NCBI GenBank assembly: GCA_038064495.1
Contig: JBBTSZ010000002.1
Coordinates: 16,717 to 80,716, forward strand
Source of the DNA: Patescibacteria group bacterium
GTDB taxonomy: Bacteria; Patescibacteriota; Minisyncoccia; Phycocordibacterales; Phycocordibacteraceae
Direction of reading: 5' to 3'
DNA: 64,000 nucleotides
The translations under genes and the position numbers were made by a program. The notes beneath the pieces were generated by a model. The model searched no databases. It was not told the DNA's origin and worked only from the letters and a program-made list of their open reading frames with translations. This document shows, in pieces, positions 19,475-27,933 of this stretch (positions within the stretch are counted from its first letter, which is position 1; every line of letters begins with the position of its first letter).

Positions 19475-19990
19475 CTACCCGCGATAGCCGATAAGAAATT
19501 TCTTGGGTTCATCACACATGTCGGTGAACGCATGAGCAGCCTCCTTCAGTTTTGCTGAAGAGGACTTTCCAAACGAAATGACCTCCACCTGACACCCTTC
19601 GTTCATATCTAAGTACTCAATAAGCGGAACAAAGTCGCCGTCGCCGGTTGCAAGAATAATGGTATCGAGCTTCGGCGCGAGCTTCACTGCGTCAATCGCG
19701 AGGCCGACGTCCCAGTCGGCTTTTTTTGCACCGTCAGAAAAGACCTGGAGGCCTTTTACTTTGGTTTCGATGCCGATTTTCGTGAGCGCTTCAAAGAAGG
19801 CACTCTCTTCCCCACTGTCGGTTGAGATAACGTAGGCAATAGAACGAACGAGTACGCGGTCACCGACTGCTTCCTCGAGCACCTTCTGGAAATTAACGCG
19901 TGACTTATAGAGATGCTTTGCACTGTGATAGAGATTCTGTGTGTCTATGAAAACCCCAACGCGTTGCGCCGGATGCTTAATAACTGCCAT
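19475..19990 (-). CDS. NYN (LabA/DUF88) domain PIN-like nuclease
   Basis: FIDTQNL, KKADWDVGLAIDA, TGDGDFVPL. Confidence 0.9.
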   Translation of the reverse strand: MAVIKHPAQRVGVFIDTQNLYHSAKHLYKSRVNFQKVLEEAVGDRVLVRSIAYVISTDSGEESAFFEALTKIGIETKVKGLQVFSDGAKKADWDVGLAIDAVKLAPKLDTIILATGDGDFVPLIEYLDMNEGCQVEVISFGKSSSAKLKEAAHAFTDMCDEPKKFLIGYRG

Positions 19991-20067
19991 AAAAATAAAA
20001 AACTAATGTAATAAAATGGTAGCCCTTGCTACATGGTAGCACCTGCTTACAAAAACTTTAGAAACTA

Positions 20068-20189
20068 AGAGTTTTCAGAAAAGACTTAGATACAAGGCAC
20101 TGAAGAAATAAATCTAGAGGCGTACTTGAAGTACGACGGAAGATTTATTTTGAACAGCAACTAAGTAGATGAGCTTTCTTAGAAGCTCT
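20068..20189 (-). repeat. ERIC-like palindromic element copy 1 (overlaps rpsO stop)
   Basis: 122 bp; minus strand AGAGCTTCTAAGAAAGC-TCATCTACTTAGTT...CCGTCGTAC-TTCAA-GTACGCCTC...GCCTTGTATCT...CTTTTCTGAAAACTCT. Confidence 0.7.
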
Positions 20190-20454
20190 ACTTCTTAAGG
20201 CCGAGTTTCTTGATAAGTGCGTTATACCCGCGCTTATCATTCTTCTCCAAATAACGGAGATGAGCACGTCGGTCTGCAACCATCTGAAGAAGACCACGGC
20301 GACTATGAAAATCTTTCTGGTTTTTCTTAAGATGCTTGGCTAGTTCATCAATTTTACGTGACAAAATACCAACCTGGACCTCAGGGGATCCAGTATCTGA
20401 CTCGTGGCGCGCTGCATCCTTGATAACAGCGGTCTTTACTCGTTTTGTAAGCAT
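20188..20454 (-). CDS. rpsO: 30S ribosomal protein S15
   Basis: HESDTGSPEVQV, KDFHSRRGLL; start at ATG 20454. Confidence 0.96.
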   Translation of the reverse strand: MLTKRVKTAVIKDAARHESDTGSPEVQVGILSRKIDELAKHLKKNQKDFHSRRGLLQMVADRRAHLRYLEKNDKRGYNALIKKLGLKK

Positions 20455-20571
20455 TGGCAATACGTTACCACACCTTGATAAAAAGCGCAAGTGTTGCCTG
20501 GTCTACTCCCCCACCTGCCATTTACAAGTTGGTGAGCGTTTTGCGCACAATATCAGTGCTAAAATGAGACT

Positions 20572-21489
20572 ATGGATGCCGAAACGCTTAAGCGACAATT
20601 CCTTGAACACACAGAAATCGAGCGCGGACGTGCCGTAAAGACGATTCAAAACTACGACCACTACCTCACGGTGTTGTTTCGGGAAATGAAGATAGCCAGT
20701 GTTATTGATATTACTGAGGAGAAGATTCGCGAATTCCGCTTGTGGTTGAATCGACAACCCGGAACAGGGAGCGACACCATGAAGCGCCGCACGCAAAACT
20801 ACTATCTCATTGCACTACGTGCTTTTCTGAAATATCTCCGAAAACGAGGCATAGATGGCCTGAACCCTGAGCGTATTGAGCTTGCCAAAGTACCTGAACG
20901 CTCGCTTGACCTTATTACCGCGACCGAGCTTGAGCGCCTGATGGAAGCCCCAAAGAACGCTATGGAAAAGGAACAGAATCCTGAGAAGGCGCTTCGGTAT
21001 GCCCGCGATACAGCCATTTTAGAGCTCCTTTTCTCCACGGGACTTCGTGTTTCTGAGCTCTGTGCACTTAATACCGACATAGATTTATCTCGAGACGAAA
21101 TCTCGGTTCGCGGAAAAGGAGACAAAGTTCGGGTGGTATTCCTATCCCCTGCTTCAAAAGACGCAGTTCGTGCGTATCAGAAACTCCGCAAGGATATGGA
21201 GGAGGCCCTCTTTCTTGAGGGTAGACCTGATAAGCTCCATCGCATTACGCCCCGTGATATACAGCGCCACATTAAGACGTATGCGGCGCAGGCAGGCATC
21301 ACCAGCAAGGTTACGCCCCACACGCTTCGGCACGTGTTCGCCACTGACTTGCTCAGTAATGGAGCTGATATTCGCTCAGTCCAGGCACTTCTGGGCCATG
21401 CCTCCATCACGACTACCCAGATTTATACGCACGTGACCGATGTGCACCTCCGAGAGGTACACAAACGTTTCCACTCACGACAAAAATAA
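20572..21489 (+). CDS. XerC/XerD-like tyrosine recombinase
   Basis: STGLRVSE (R), GKGDK (K), HTLRH, LLGH, TQIY catalytic residues; N-terminal SAM-like domain. Confidence 0.92.
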   Translation: MDAETLKRQFLEHTEIERGRAVKTIQNYDHYLTVLFREMKIASVIDITEEKIREFRLWLNRQPGTGSDTMKRRTQNYYLIALRAFLKYLRKRGIDGLNPERIELAKVPERSLDLITATELERLMEAPKNAMEKEQNPEKALRYARDTAILELLFSTGLRVSELCALNTDIDLSRDEISVRGKGDKVRVVFLSPASKDAVRAYQKLRKDMEEALFLEGRPDKLHRITPRDIQRHIKTYAAQAGITSKVTPHTLRHVFATDLLSNGADIRSVQALLGHASITTTQIYTHVTDVHLREVHKRFHSRQK

Positions 21490-21522
21490 CCGCCGATCCA
21501 AGGACCGGCGGTAGAGAACAAT

Positions 21523-21822
21523 CTATTTCTTTGATGATTTTGTTGCTTTCCTTCTCCATGTGGCTGAACCCGGTGCGAGTTCCTTTTGACAGTATTCAAT
21601 GACAAATTTCGGACAATCACGAACGTTCTTCAGGAATTCACCATGGAGAGCAGTCGCGGCTGCCGTAAAAACTGCAAGAGAACTCATGCCGAACTCGCTT
21701 TGAAAACTGTCAAACAGAGCGTTTATCTCAGATGCCCGCCTTTTCTGGCTCCGGACAAGTCGTTTAGGAGGTTCTATTCCGAATACCTCTCGATATTGTC
21801 GTTTCGTCATTTTTCTTGCCAT
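21523..21822 (-). CDS. Orphan hypothetical protein (basic)
   Basis: ORF between convergent xer and divergent xth; GGGAG SD-like site upstream of ATG 21822. Confidence 0.5.
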   Translation of the reverse strand: MARKMTKRQYREVFGIEPPKRLVRSQKRRASEINALFDSFQSEFGMSSLAVFTAAATALHGEFLKNVRDCPKFVIEYCQKELAPGSATWRRKATKSSKK

Positions 21823-21899
21823 TTTTAATCTCCCGGCAACTCGCCGCATACTACATCTTCTTATATTCGTGTCTAGGCACCGTCTGTTAGAATGCGCTC

Positions 21900-22694
21900 A
21901 TGCGTATTATGTCGTGGAATGTGAACGGTATTCGTGCCGCCCATAATAAAGGCAACTTCATGCCATTCATCAGGAAGTACAAGCCGGATATATTGTGTCT
22001 TCAAGAAACAAAAGCAGAGCAAGACCAATCCCCTCTTGACCTGCCTGACTACGAAGAATTCTGGAGTTCCTCTAAAAATAAAAAAGGCTATAGCGGAACG
22101 GCAATTTTCACAAAGATGACCCCGAACGATGTGTTCTACGGCATGCCGGAGGATCTTGCTACGAAGTTCGGACTCGCAAACGACGGCTATGGGGACCCGA
22201 ATCAAGAAGGAAGAATTGTTGCCCTCGATATGTTTGATTTCTACGTTGTCTCCGTATATACGCCAAACGCGAAGGACGATTTATCCAGACTCACGCTTCG
22301 CCATGAGCACTGGGACCCTGCATTTCTTGCGTACATGAAGCGGCTTGAAGAGGAAAAACCCGTTATTTTCTGCGGCGACTTGAATGTAGCGCATACCGAA
22401 GACGACCTCGCCCGCCCAAAAGAAAACAAAGGATTAAAGGGATTTACTGATGAAGAACGCGAAGGAATTGATAACATCACGAATGCTGGTTTTGTTGATA
22501 CTTTTCGGCTGTTTAAAAAAGGTAACGGCTTCTATACCTGGTGGAGTCATTGGGGTGGAGCACGAGAAAGAAATGTTGGCTGGCGGATTGACTATATCTT
22601 TGTATCAAAGAAATATGCAAAACATGTGAAGACCGCGGAGATATTTCCAGAAGCCCTCGGCTCTGACCACTGCCCCACCTCCATAACTCTTTAA
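21900..22694 (+). CDS. xth: Exodeoxyribonuclease III / AP endonuclease
   Basis: SWNVNGIR, LQETK, GYSG, EGR, GDLNVAH, YTWW, GWRIDY, SDHCP. Confidence 0.95.
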   Translation: MRIMSWNVNGIRAAHNKGNFMPFIRKYKPDILCLQETKAEQDQSPLDLPDYEEFWSSSKNKKGYSGTAIFTKMTPNDVFYGMPEDLATKFGLANDGYGDPNQEGRIVALDMFDFYVVSVYTPNAKDDLSRLTLRHEHWDPAFLAYMKRLEEEKPVIFCGDLNVAHTEDDLARPKENKGLKGFTDEEREGIDNITNAGFVDTFRLFKKGNGFYTWWSHWGGARERNVGWRIDYIFVSKKYAKHVKTAEIFPEALGSDHCPTSITL

Positions 22695-22906
22695 GGACAT
22701 TGTTATACACAGTATGTCCTTTACATTGTCCTATAAGATACTATGCTATCTCTTAGCGGGGGACAGTGTGCATACCGAGAGGCAGTCACACCGCTCCCGG
22801 ACTTGAATGATCTTTGCGAGCTCTTTATATCAGGCGTATAGCGTGTAGGTAGGTCGTCCAACGTAATCGGGGCGTATCCCCTACTCATTCACTGGGTCCA
22901 ATCTAC

Positions 22907-22922
22907 CGTTCCACGTGAAAGC
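22907..22922. other. parS-like site 1 (intergenic)
   Basis: cGTTCCACGTGAAAgc, 13/16 to TGTTNCACGTGAAACA. Confidence 0.6.
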
Positions 22923-23015
22923 GCAAACCCTTTGATACCGATCCGATTTCACTCCTGAGTGTCACCCAATAAGCCCCAGCTCCTTTTAGACACTCAACCT
23001 GGATCGGTAGTCAAA

Positions 23016-23069
23016 AAAGAGGCCAGAAATAAGGACCATCCCTTGATGATCTTTATCTCTGGCCTCTTT
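23016..23069. terminator. Long hairpin/bidirectional terminator downstream of cca
   Basis: AAAGAGGCCAGAAATAAGGA...TCTTTATCTCTGGCCTCTTT. Confidence 0.7.
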
Positions 23070-23085
23070 CTATTTCACATAAAAC

Positions 23086-24549
23086 CTAGGATACGTTGTG
23101 TTTACTGAGTATTTCCTTGATTTCTTGCTCCTCTTCTTGCTCCTTCCTCTTTTTTCCTGAATCACCAAGTTCTTTCAACTCCTCATCTCCCAGTTTTAAT
23201 AGTTCCAGAACTCGATTTCCTAAGTAATCCTTAGTGTTGCTTTTAGGATTCTCAAGTACATCCTCTAGGAGTGTATGCAGGATATAGCCTATCTTTGGAC
23301 CTGGTTCCACGTGAAAGGTCCCCATAAGGTCATTTCCGTCTAGTTTGAGCATTCCCACTGATATAGGGTCTCGTAGTGCCTGGTCTACCATTGCCTTGTA
23401 CTTTCTGAATCTGAATGGCTGCTCCTTCGGTCGACCCGTACCAATTCGGTCACAAATCCTAAGATTGAGCAAATCTTCTATATTTTCATCACCAACGTTC
23501 TGAATCATGCGGCGAACGGCCGAAAGGGTGATTTGGTCAGGATCTGAAAAAAACATGTGCCAACGGACCAATTTACTCACCTTTTCAATAGTTTCACGTG
23601 AAAATTTAAGGTCTTCTAGTGCTTTTCGGGTTACACGTGAACCCACAACCTCATGGCCGTGAAAGGTCCAATCGTTCTTTTCGTCAGACCAGCGTCTTGT
23701 TTCCGGCTTAGATACATCATGGAAGAGGGCGGCGAGACGTATATCAAAAGGCCAGTCTTTGTCCGCTGCGTGCTGAAGCGAGCGCATAAGGTGGCCAAAA
23801 ACGTCGTAACTATGGGCTTGATTTTGATCTATCCCGATACCGCGCACCAGGTCAGCAGATATATATTTCAGAATATCCAGCTGTTGTGCCAGTACGAGGG
23901 CCATCATGGGGTTCTTTGACTCCAGGATACGCACAAGCTCATCGCGAATCCTTTCACGTGAAATGTGCGAGAGATTCGGACCCTTCTCCAGAATCGCTGC
24001 TGCCGTATCCGTATCAAGCGCGAAGTTCAATTCCGCGACAAGTCGTACTGCACGCATAACGCGTAGAGCATCTTCTTCAAAACGCTCCGTAGCAATGCCC
24101 ACGGTACGCAGTACTTTGGCCGAAATGTCCTTTTGTCCTTGATACGGGTCAACAATATGTCCTTTATCTTCATCAAGGGCGATAGCGTTTATGGTGAAGT
24201 CGCGGCGTGCAAGGTCACCCTCAAGACTGGTACCAAACTCAACAGCATCCGGACGACGCTTATCTGAGTATCCCGTTTCGGTACGATACGGTGTGACCTC
24301 TATAATTGAGAGGGTAGGGTCTTCGCTCTCTGTCTTCACGCCAACCGTACCAAAATCATTTTCGTAAAAAGAATCGGGGAATATTCGTTGAATATCTTCA
24401 GGCAATGCATTTGTCGTTATATCCCAGTCTTTAGGGGCTCGTTTGAGGAGAAGATCACGAACGCAACCACCCACTAAATAGGCCTCGAACCCTTCCTTAC
24501 GGAGACCATCTGCTACAGTCTTCACTTCAACCGGAACGTCCATCTTCAT
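23086..24549 (-). CDS. cca: CCA tRNA nucleotidyltransferase with HD domain
   Basis: VGGCVRD..DWDITT, DLARRDFTINA, EDALR, FHD HD motif, FHGHE. Confidence 0.93.
   Translation of the reverse strand: MKMDVPVEVKTVADGLRKEGFEAYLVGGCVRDLLLKRAPKDWDITTNALPEDIQRIFPDSFYENDFGTVGVKTESEDPTLSIIEVTPYRTETGYSDKRRPDAVEFGTSLEGDLARRDFTINAIALDEDKGHIVDPYQGQKDISAKVLRTVGIATERFEEDALRVMRAVRLVAELNFALDTDTAAAILEKGPNLSHISRERIRDELVRILESKNPMMALVLAQQLDILKYISADLVRGIGIDQNQAHSYDVFGHLMRSLQHAADKDWPFDIRLAALFHDVSKPETRRWSDEKNDWTFHGHEVVGSRVTRKALEDLKFSRETIEKVSKLVRWHMFFSDPDQITLSAVRRMIQNVGDENIEDLLNLRICDRIGTGRPKEQPFRFRKYKAMVDQALRDPISVGMLKLDGNDLMGTFHVEPGPKIGYILHTLLEDVLENPKSNTKDYLGNRVLELLKLGDEELKELGDSGKKRKEQEEEQEIKEILSKHNVS
23303..23965. 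other. Four parS-like sites embedded in cca CDS (23303-23318, 23590-23605, 23629-23644, 23950-23965)
   Basis: GGTTCCACGTGAAAGG, AGTTTCACGTGAAAAT, GGTTACACGTGAACCC, CCTTTCACGTGAAATG; read as FHVE/FSRET/SRVT/ISRE in the protein. Confidence 0.6.
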
Positions 24550-24608
24550 GCTGAGAATACTATCATAATAAACAAGATATATGGACGTAATGATGGTATG
24601 CTAGTAAC

Positions 24609-25292
24609 ATGAATTCTAAGGTTCGAGAAAAGGAACTCGCTATCGCCTTGAGAAGGAAAGGCCTTACGTACAGAGAAATTCTCGAGCGAGTACCTGTTGC
24701 AAAGAGCTCAATCTCGCTTTGGCTTAAAGACTTTCCATTGACAACAAAAGAGAAGGAAATACTTAAGAAACGGAAAAATACGGACATGACAAGGTGGAGA
24801 GCCATGGCGGGAGCCGCGCTTAGTCAGAGAAGAGTTGAGAGAGACAAAGCACTTTTCCTCGTTGCTCGCGAAGAGTTCCAGACGGCAATTAGAGAGCCTT
24901 TATTTCAGGTTGGTATAGCCTTGTATTGGGCGGAGGGAGCAAAGAGAGCTAGTACGTTTAGTTTCATTAATTCTGATGTAGATATGACAATTCTTATGCT
25001 TGACTGGGTAAGAAAATATCTAGTTCTCGCAGACGAAAACCAAATACGAATGAGGGTCTTCACACACAAGGCATTCGAGCATGAGCACCATGAGGTATGG
25101 TGGTCGAAGCAATGCGGTATTCCACTCGATAGGTTTGGAAAGACTATCTTTAAATCACAAAACGGACTTATAGTTAAGAAAAGACCGAATTATAAGGGCT
25201 GCGTTCGAATAGAACTTGGCAAAGTAGCTCATATACGGAAAATGGCCTACTGGCAACAGATGCTCATTGAATACTACAAGAAACAAAGGTAA
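24609..25292 (+). CDS. HTH + LAGLIDADG-like protein directly upstream of tRNA-Arg
   Basis: N-terminal HTH (LRRKGLTYREI...AKSSISLWL); IALYWAEG helix, FINSD, GCVRI strands resembling a single LAGLIDADG fold; ends 12 nt before tRNA. Confidence 0.65.
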   Translation: MNSKVREKELAIALRRKGLTYREILERVPVAKSSISLWLKDFPLTTKEKEILKKRKNTDMTRWRAMAGAALSQRRVERDKALFLVAREEFQTAIREPLFQVGIALYWAEGAKRASTFSFINSDVDMTILMLDWVRKYLVLADENQIRMRVFTHKAFEHEHHEVWWSKQCGIPLDRFGKTIFKSQNGLIVKKRPNYKGCVRIELGKVAHIRKMAYWQQMLIEYYKKQR

Positions 25293-25304
25293 TGTGTGCT
25301 AACT

Positions 25305-25378
25305 GCACCCGTAGCTCAGCGGATTAGAGCATCTCGCTTCGGACGAGAGGGTCGGGGGTTCGAGTCCCTCCGGGTGCA
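25305..25378 (+). tRNA. tRNA-Arg(UCG), CCA not encoded
   Basis: GCACCCG..CGGGTGC acceptor stem, anticodon arm TCTCG-CTTCGGA-CGAGA, GGTTCGAGTCC T-arm. Confidence 0.95.
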
Positions 25379-25419
25379 CTAGAAAAAGGGCGAGTCCCTG
25401 TGATATAGTTCAGCGCGAA

Positions 25420-25490
25420 GCGGATATGGTTTAGTGGTAGAACGCGTCCTTGCCAAGGACGAGGCGGGAGTCCGATTCTCCCTATCCGCA
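25420..25490 (+). tRNA. tRNA-Gly(GCC), CCA not encoded, T-loop variant TCCGATT
   Basis: GCGGATA..TATCCGC acceptor stem, CGTCC-TTGCCAA-GGACG. Confidence 0.93.
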
Positions 25491-25680
25491 CTGTCGAGCA
25501 AAAGCACCCATGAGGGTGCTTTTGCGTTAAGGACAGTGCGGATAGAGTACGACGTCCAACGTCGTACGTGGAGAATCGGAAGGCGGAACGGGGTACCCAT
25601 CCAACAGGATGGGTCGCGAGCCGGGGTCGCGGAATCTGCGAGTGACGACGAGCTCGTATCTGTGGCCGATAGTGTACTCA
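25491..25680 (+). repeat. tRNA-linked structured element with inverted copy of tRNA-Gly 3' end
   Basis: GACAGTGCGGATAG (25532-45) + GGAGAATCGGA (25570-80) are complementary to tRNA 3' half/trailer; several further hairpins. Confidence 0.7.
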
Positions 25681-25769
25681 CGGTCTCCCTGACATTTCTC
25701 CCGCACACCTAAAAATCCAAAAATATAGGTTTTTCAAGCCCACAACAGACATTTTCCTTTACTAAAAAC

Positions 25770-25798
25770 AGGGGATAAAGCTGTTAACATGTGGATAA
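25770..25798. promoter_or_regulatory. DnaA box(es)
   Basis: Perfect TGTGGATAA at 25790-25798 and AGGGGATAA at 25770-25778 in an AT-rich spacer. Confidence 0.45.
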
Positions 25799-25901
25799 AG
25801 GACAATGGACAAAAAGAGCGATTTTGTGACCTGTTCGTAAACGAATAAGTAAATACAATGTATTTCTCTTGACCTCCACTAACGTCCTCTATACTTTAGC
25901 T

Positions 25902-26297
25902 ATGGACATCTCTGGATTCAGTCGAAAAGAGATCGGAGCACTCGGAGAAAAGGTTGCCTGTGAGTATTTAAGGCGCAATGGTATGAAAATAGTGGCAAAA
26001 AATGTTGCTCGTAAAACGGGCGAGATTGATGTAATAGGAAAAGAGCACGACACGCTGCATTTCGTTGAAGTTAAAACAATTGTCTGTGAGGTGTTTCCGT
26101 CTGAAAGAAGTACTGACGACAGCTACGACCCATCAGCGAATTTACATGAGGCCAAAATACGGCGTGTGGCGCGCACGAGTGAATGGTACGTTGCATCTAT
26201 TGATTGGGAGGGGGAATGGCAGGTGGACGGGGTCTTGGTATGGCTCCGAAAGGCCGATGGGAGGGCGCTTGTTCGGTATCTGCCGCAAATCCTATAA
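25902..26297 (+). CDS. yraN: YraN (UPF0102) PD-(D/E)XK nuclease
   Basis: G..GEK.A..YL...G, GEIDVI, HFVEVKT; ATG 25902 with TATACT 6 nt upstream. Confidence 0.88.
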   Translation: MDISGFSRKEIGALGEKVACEYLRRNGMKIVAKNVARKTGEIDVIGKEHDTLHFVEVKTIVCEVFPSERSTDDSYDPSANLHEAKIRRVARTSEWYVASIDWEGEWQVDGVLVWLRKADGRALVRYLPQIL

Positions 26298-26417
26298 ACC
26301 TGGTAGGATGCGTATAAGCGAGGTCGCTGTGCCCCTCGGGGCATGAGGCCTCGTTTGTTCGGTGCTTGCTGAGGGAATCCGGTCATGAAGTAGCTCATTT
26401 GTTTTCGAATACTGTGT

Positions 26418-26488
26418 CGGGGTGTCGTATACCGGTAGTACGCTTGCTTTGGGAGCAAGATGACGGAGTTCGATTCTCCGCACCCCGA
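26418..26488 (+). tRNA. tRNA-Pro(UGG), CCA not encoded
   Basis: CGGGGTG..CACCCCG acceptor stem, CTTGC-TTTGGGA-GCAAG, GAGTTCGATTCTC. Confidence 0.93.
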
Positions 26489-26585
26489 CAGAGTATTTGA
26501 ATGAGTTCATGACCGGATCGACTCTTCGGGGAAGAGTCGGGTGACGAGTTCGATATTCAACCGCAAAGGCACTAATTGAAAGTAT

Positions 26586-27776
26586 CTATTTAAACCCAAT
26601 CGCCTTTGCGAGGAAGTTTCCGAGTTCTTGTATTTTCGTGCTGTACGAGTCGGTAGCATTCACCAGGCTCCCAGAGTCGTAGTACGTATCAAAGTCTCCA
26701 CCCGTGGCAGCTTTGAAGCTTCTACGCATATGCGTCGGCGTGATGACTCGTAGTTCACGCGTACTTTCGTCACCCGACAATTCGCTTGTGGTGATAAGTC
26801 CGATAAGCGCTCCTGAAGTGCTTACCGCTGCACCACCAGACGAACCTTCCTGAGCTGCCTTACCTCCATATATCGCAAGCACATCTGAACTCGTGGTAGT
26901 GAATGTGTAGACGTCTTTAATCTTTCCATACACGAGTGTTGGGGCGAGATGCGACGTTACTTCACTTGTCGTGAGGTACTGCGCACCATAGGAACCGAGT
27001 GCAACCTTTTGTCCGACGATGCCAGGCGATGTAGAAACATGAATAGCAGGATAGCTTCCTGGAAGGGGAGCACCGGTCGCACTACTTGTTATCGCAAGGA
27101 GCGCAAAATCATTTTCTCCCGTTCCGGTAGGTTGCGAACTAATGAGCGTGGTTGAGTTACTGCGCACCCAGGGTTCAGAGATATACAGCAGCTTACCTTT
27201 GTAGGCATTTTTTGCTGGGTTACCGGTACGAATAGCGCAGGAGATAACATTCTTGCCGAGAGTCTGTTCAAGCAGCACTGCCTGAGCAACGTGCGCAACA
27301 GTGAGTACGATTCCCCTGGAATCAATAATCACCCCGGTACCGGACACTCCGCGAAGTTGACTTGTGTGCGAGGTGCAAAGAATATTCACGACTGAAAGAG
27401 AAACAGTATCAAGAAGCGCGTCACCGGTTGAGCTCGCGGGGACGGGTGTTGTGGTTGCTACTGGAGCAGACCCGTTAGGAGTTGGAGGCTTTTGCAGGGG
27501 AGTCGGTTTGGTTGGTGTTGCTACCTCTGGCTTCGCTTTCGTGACTATCGCCTCAAGCCCAGGAACGAGAGACTCTACGGTTGTGGTCGGTACCGTAAAC
27601 ACAGGTGTTGTGGTCGGTACAAACGAACGGCTCACCCCTCCGACAGGGGTGAGCTTACCTTGGTTCGTGAGGGTTGAAACCGTTACTGCATTTGCTCCGG
27701 TATTGAAGTAGGAAATGAAGAGGGCAAGAGCAAGGGCTCCAAACGCAGCCAAAACATGCTCAACGTGCTGTCGCAT
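26586..27776 (-). CDS. Membrane-anchored trypsin-like serine protease
   Basis: Triad motifs LTVAHV, NDFAL, GSSGG; N-terminal TM and T/P linker; ATG 27776 has TAGCAT 6 nt upstream. Confidence 0.85.
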   Translation of the reverse strand: MRQHVEHVLAAFGALALALFISYFNTGANAVTVSTLTNQGKLTPVGGVSRSFVPTTTPVFTVPTTTVESLVPGLEAIVTKAKPEVATPTKPTPLQKPPTPNGSAPVATTTPVPASSTGDALLDTVSLSVVNILCTSHTSQLRGVSGTGVIIDSRGIVLTVAHVAQAVLLEQTLGKNVISCAIRTGNPAKNAYKGKLLYISEPWVRSNSTTLISSQPTGTGENDFALLAITSSATGAPLPGSYPAIHVSTSPGIVGQKVALGSYGAQYLTTSEVTSHLAPTLVYGKIKDVYTFTTTSSDVLAIYGGKAAQEGSSGGAAVSTSGALIGLITTSELSGDESTRELRVITPTHMRRSFKAATGGDFDTYYDSGSLVNATDSYSTKIQELGNFLAKAIGFK

Positions 27777-27862
27777 TCCCACATGCTACCGCGGGCGCTC
27801 TAAAAAGCCATTGGCTCGGGACTGGGCAGTAGCTGCCCTGATATGGTATTCTCCCTCCTAAC

Positions 27863-27933
27863 GCGGGATTAGTTTAATGGTAGAACATCAGTTTTCCAAA
27901 CTGAGAGCAGGAGTTCGATTCTCCTATCCCGCA
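27863..27933 (+). tRNA. tRNA-Gly(UCC), CCA not encoded
   Basis: GCGGGAT..ATCCCGC acceptor stem, TCAGT-TTTCCAA-ACTGA. Confidence 0.95.

Noticed and set aside
20572-21489. Tyrosine recombinase as prophage/ICE integrase
   Set aside because: XerC/D-like size and motifs, housekeeping context, no att duplication or phage genes nearby.
22755-22800. SRP (4.5S) RNA
   Set aside because: GNRA-capped hairpin lacks the CAGG...AGCAG symmetric-loop consensus; kept only as an unassigned structure.
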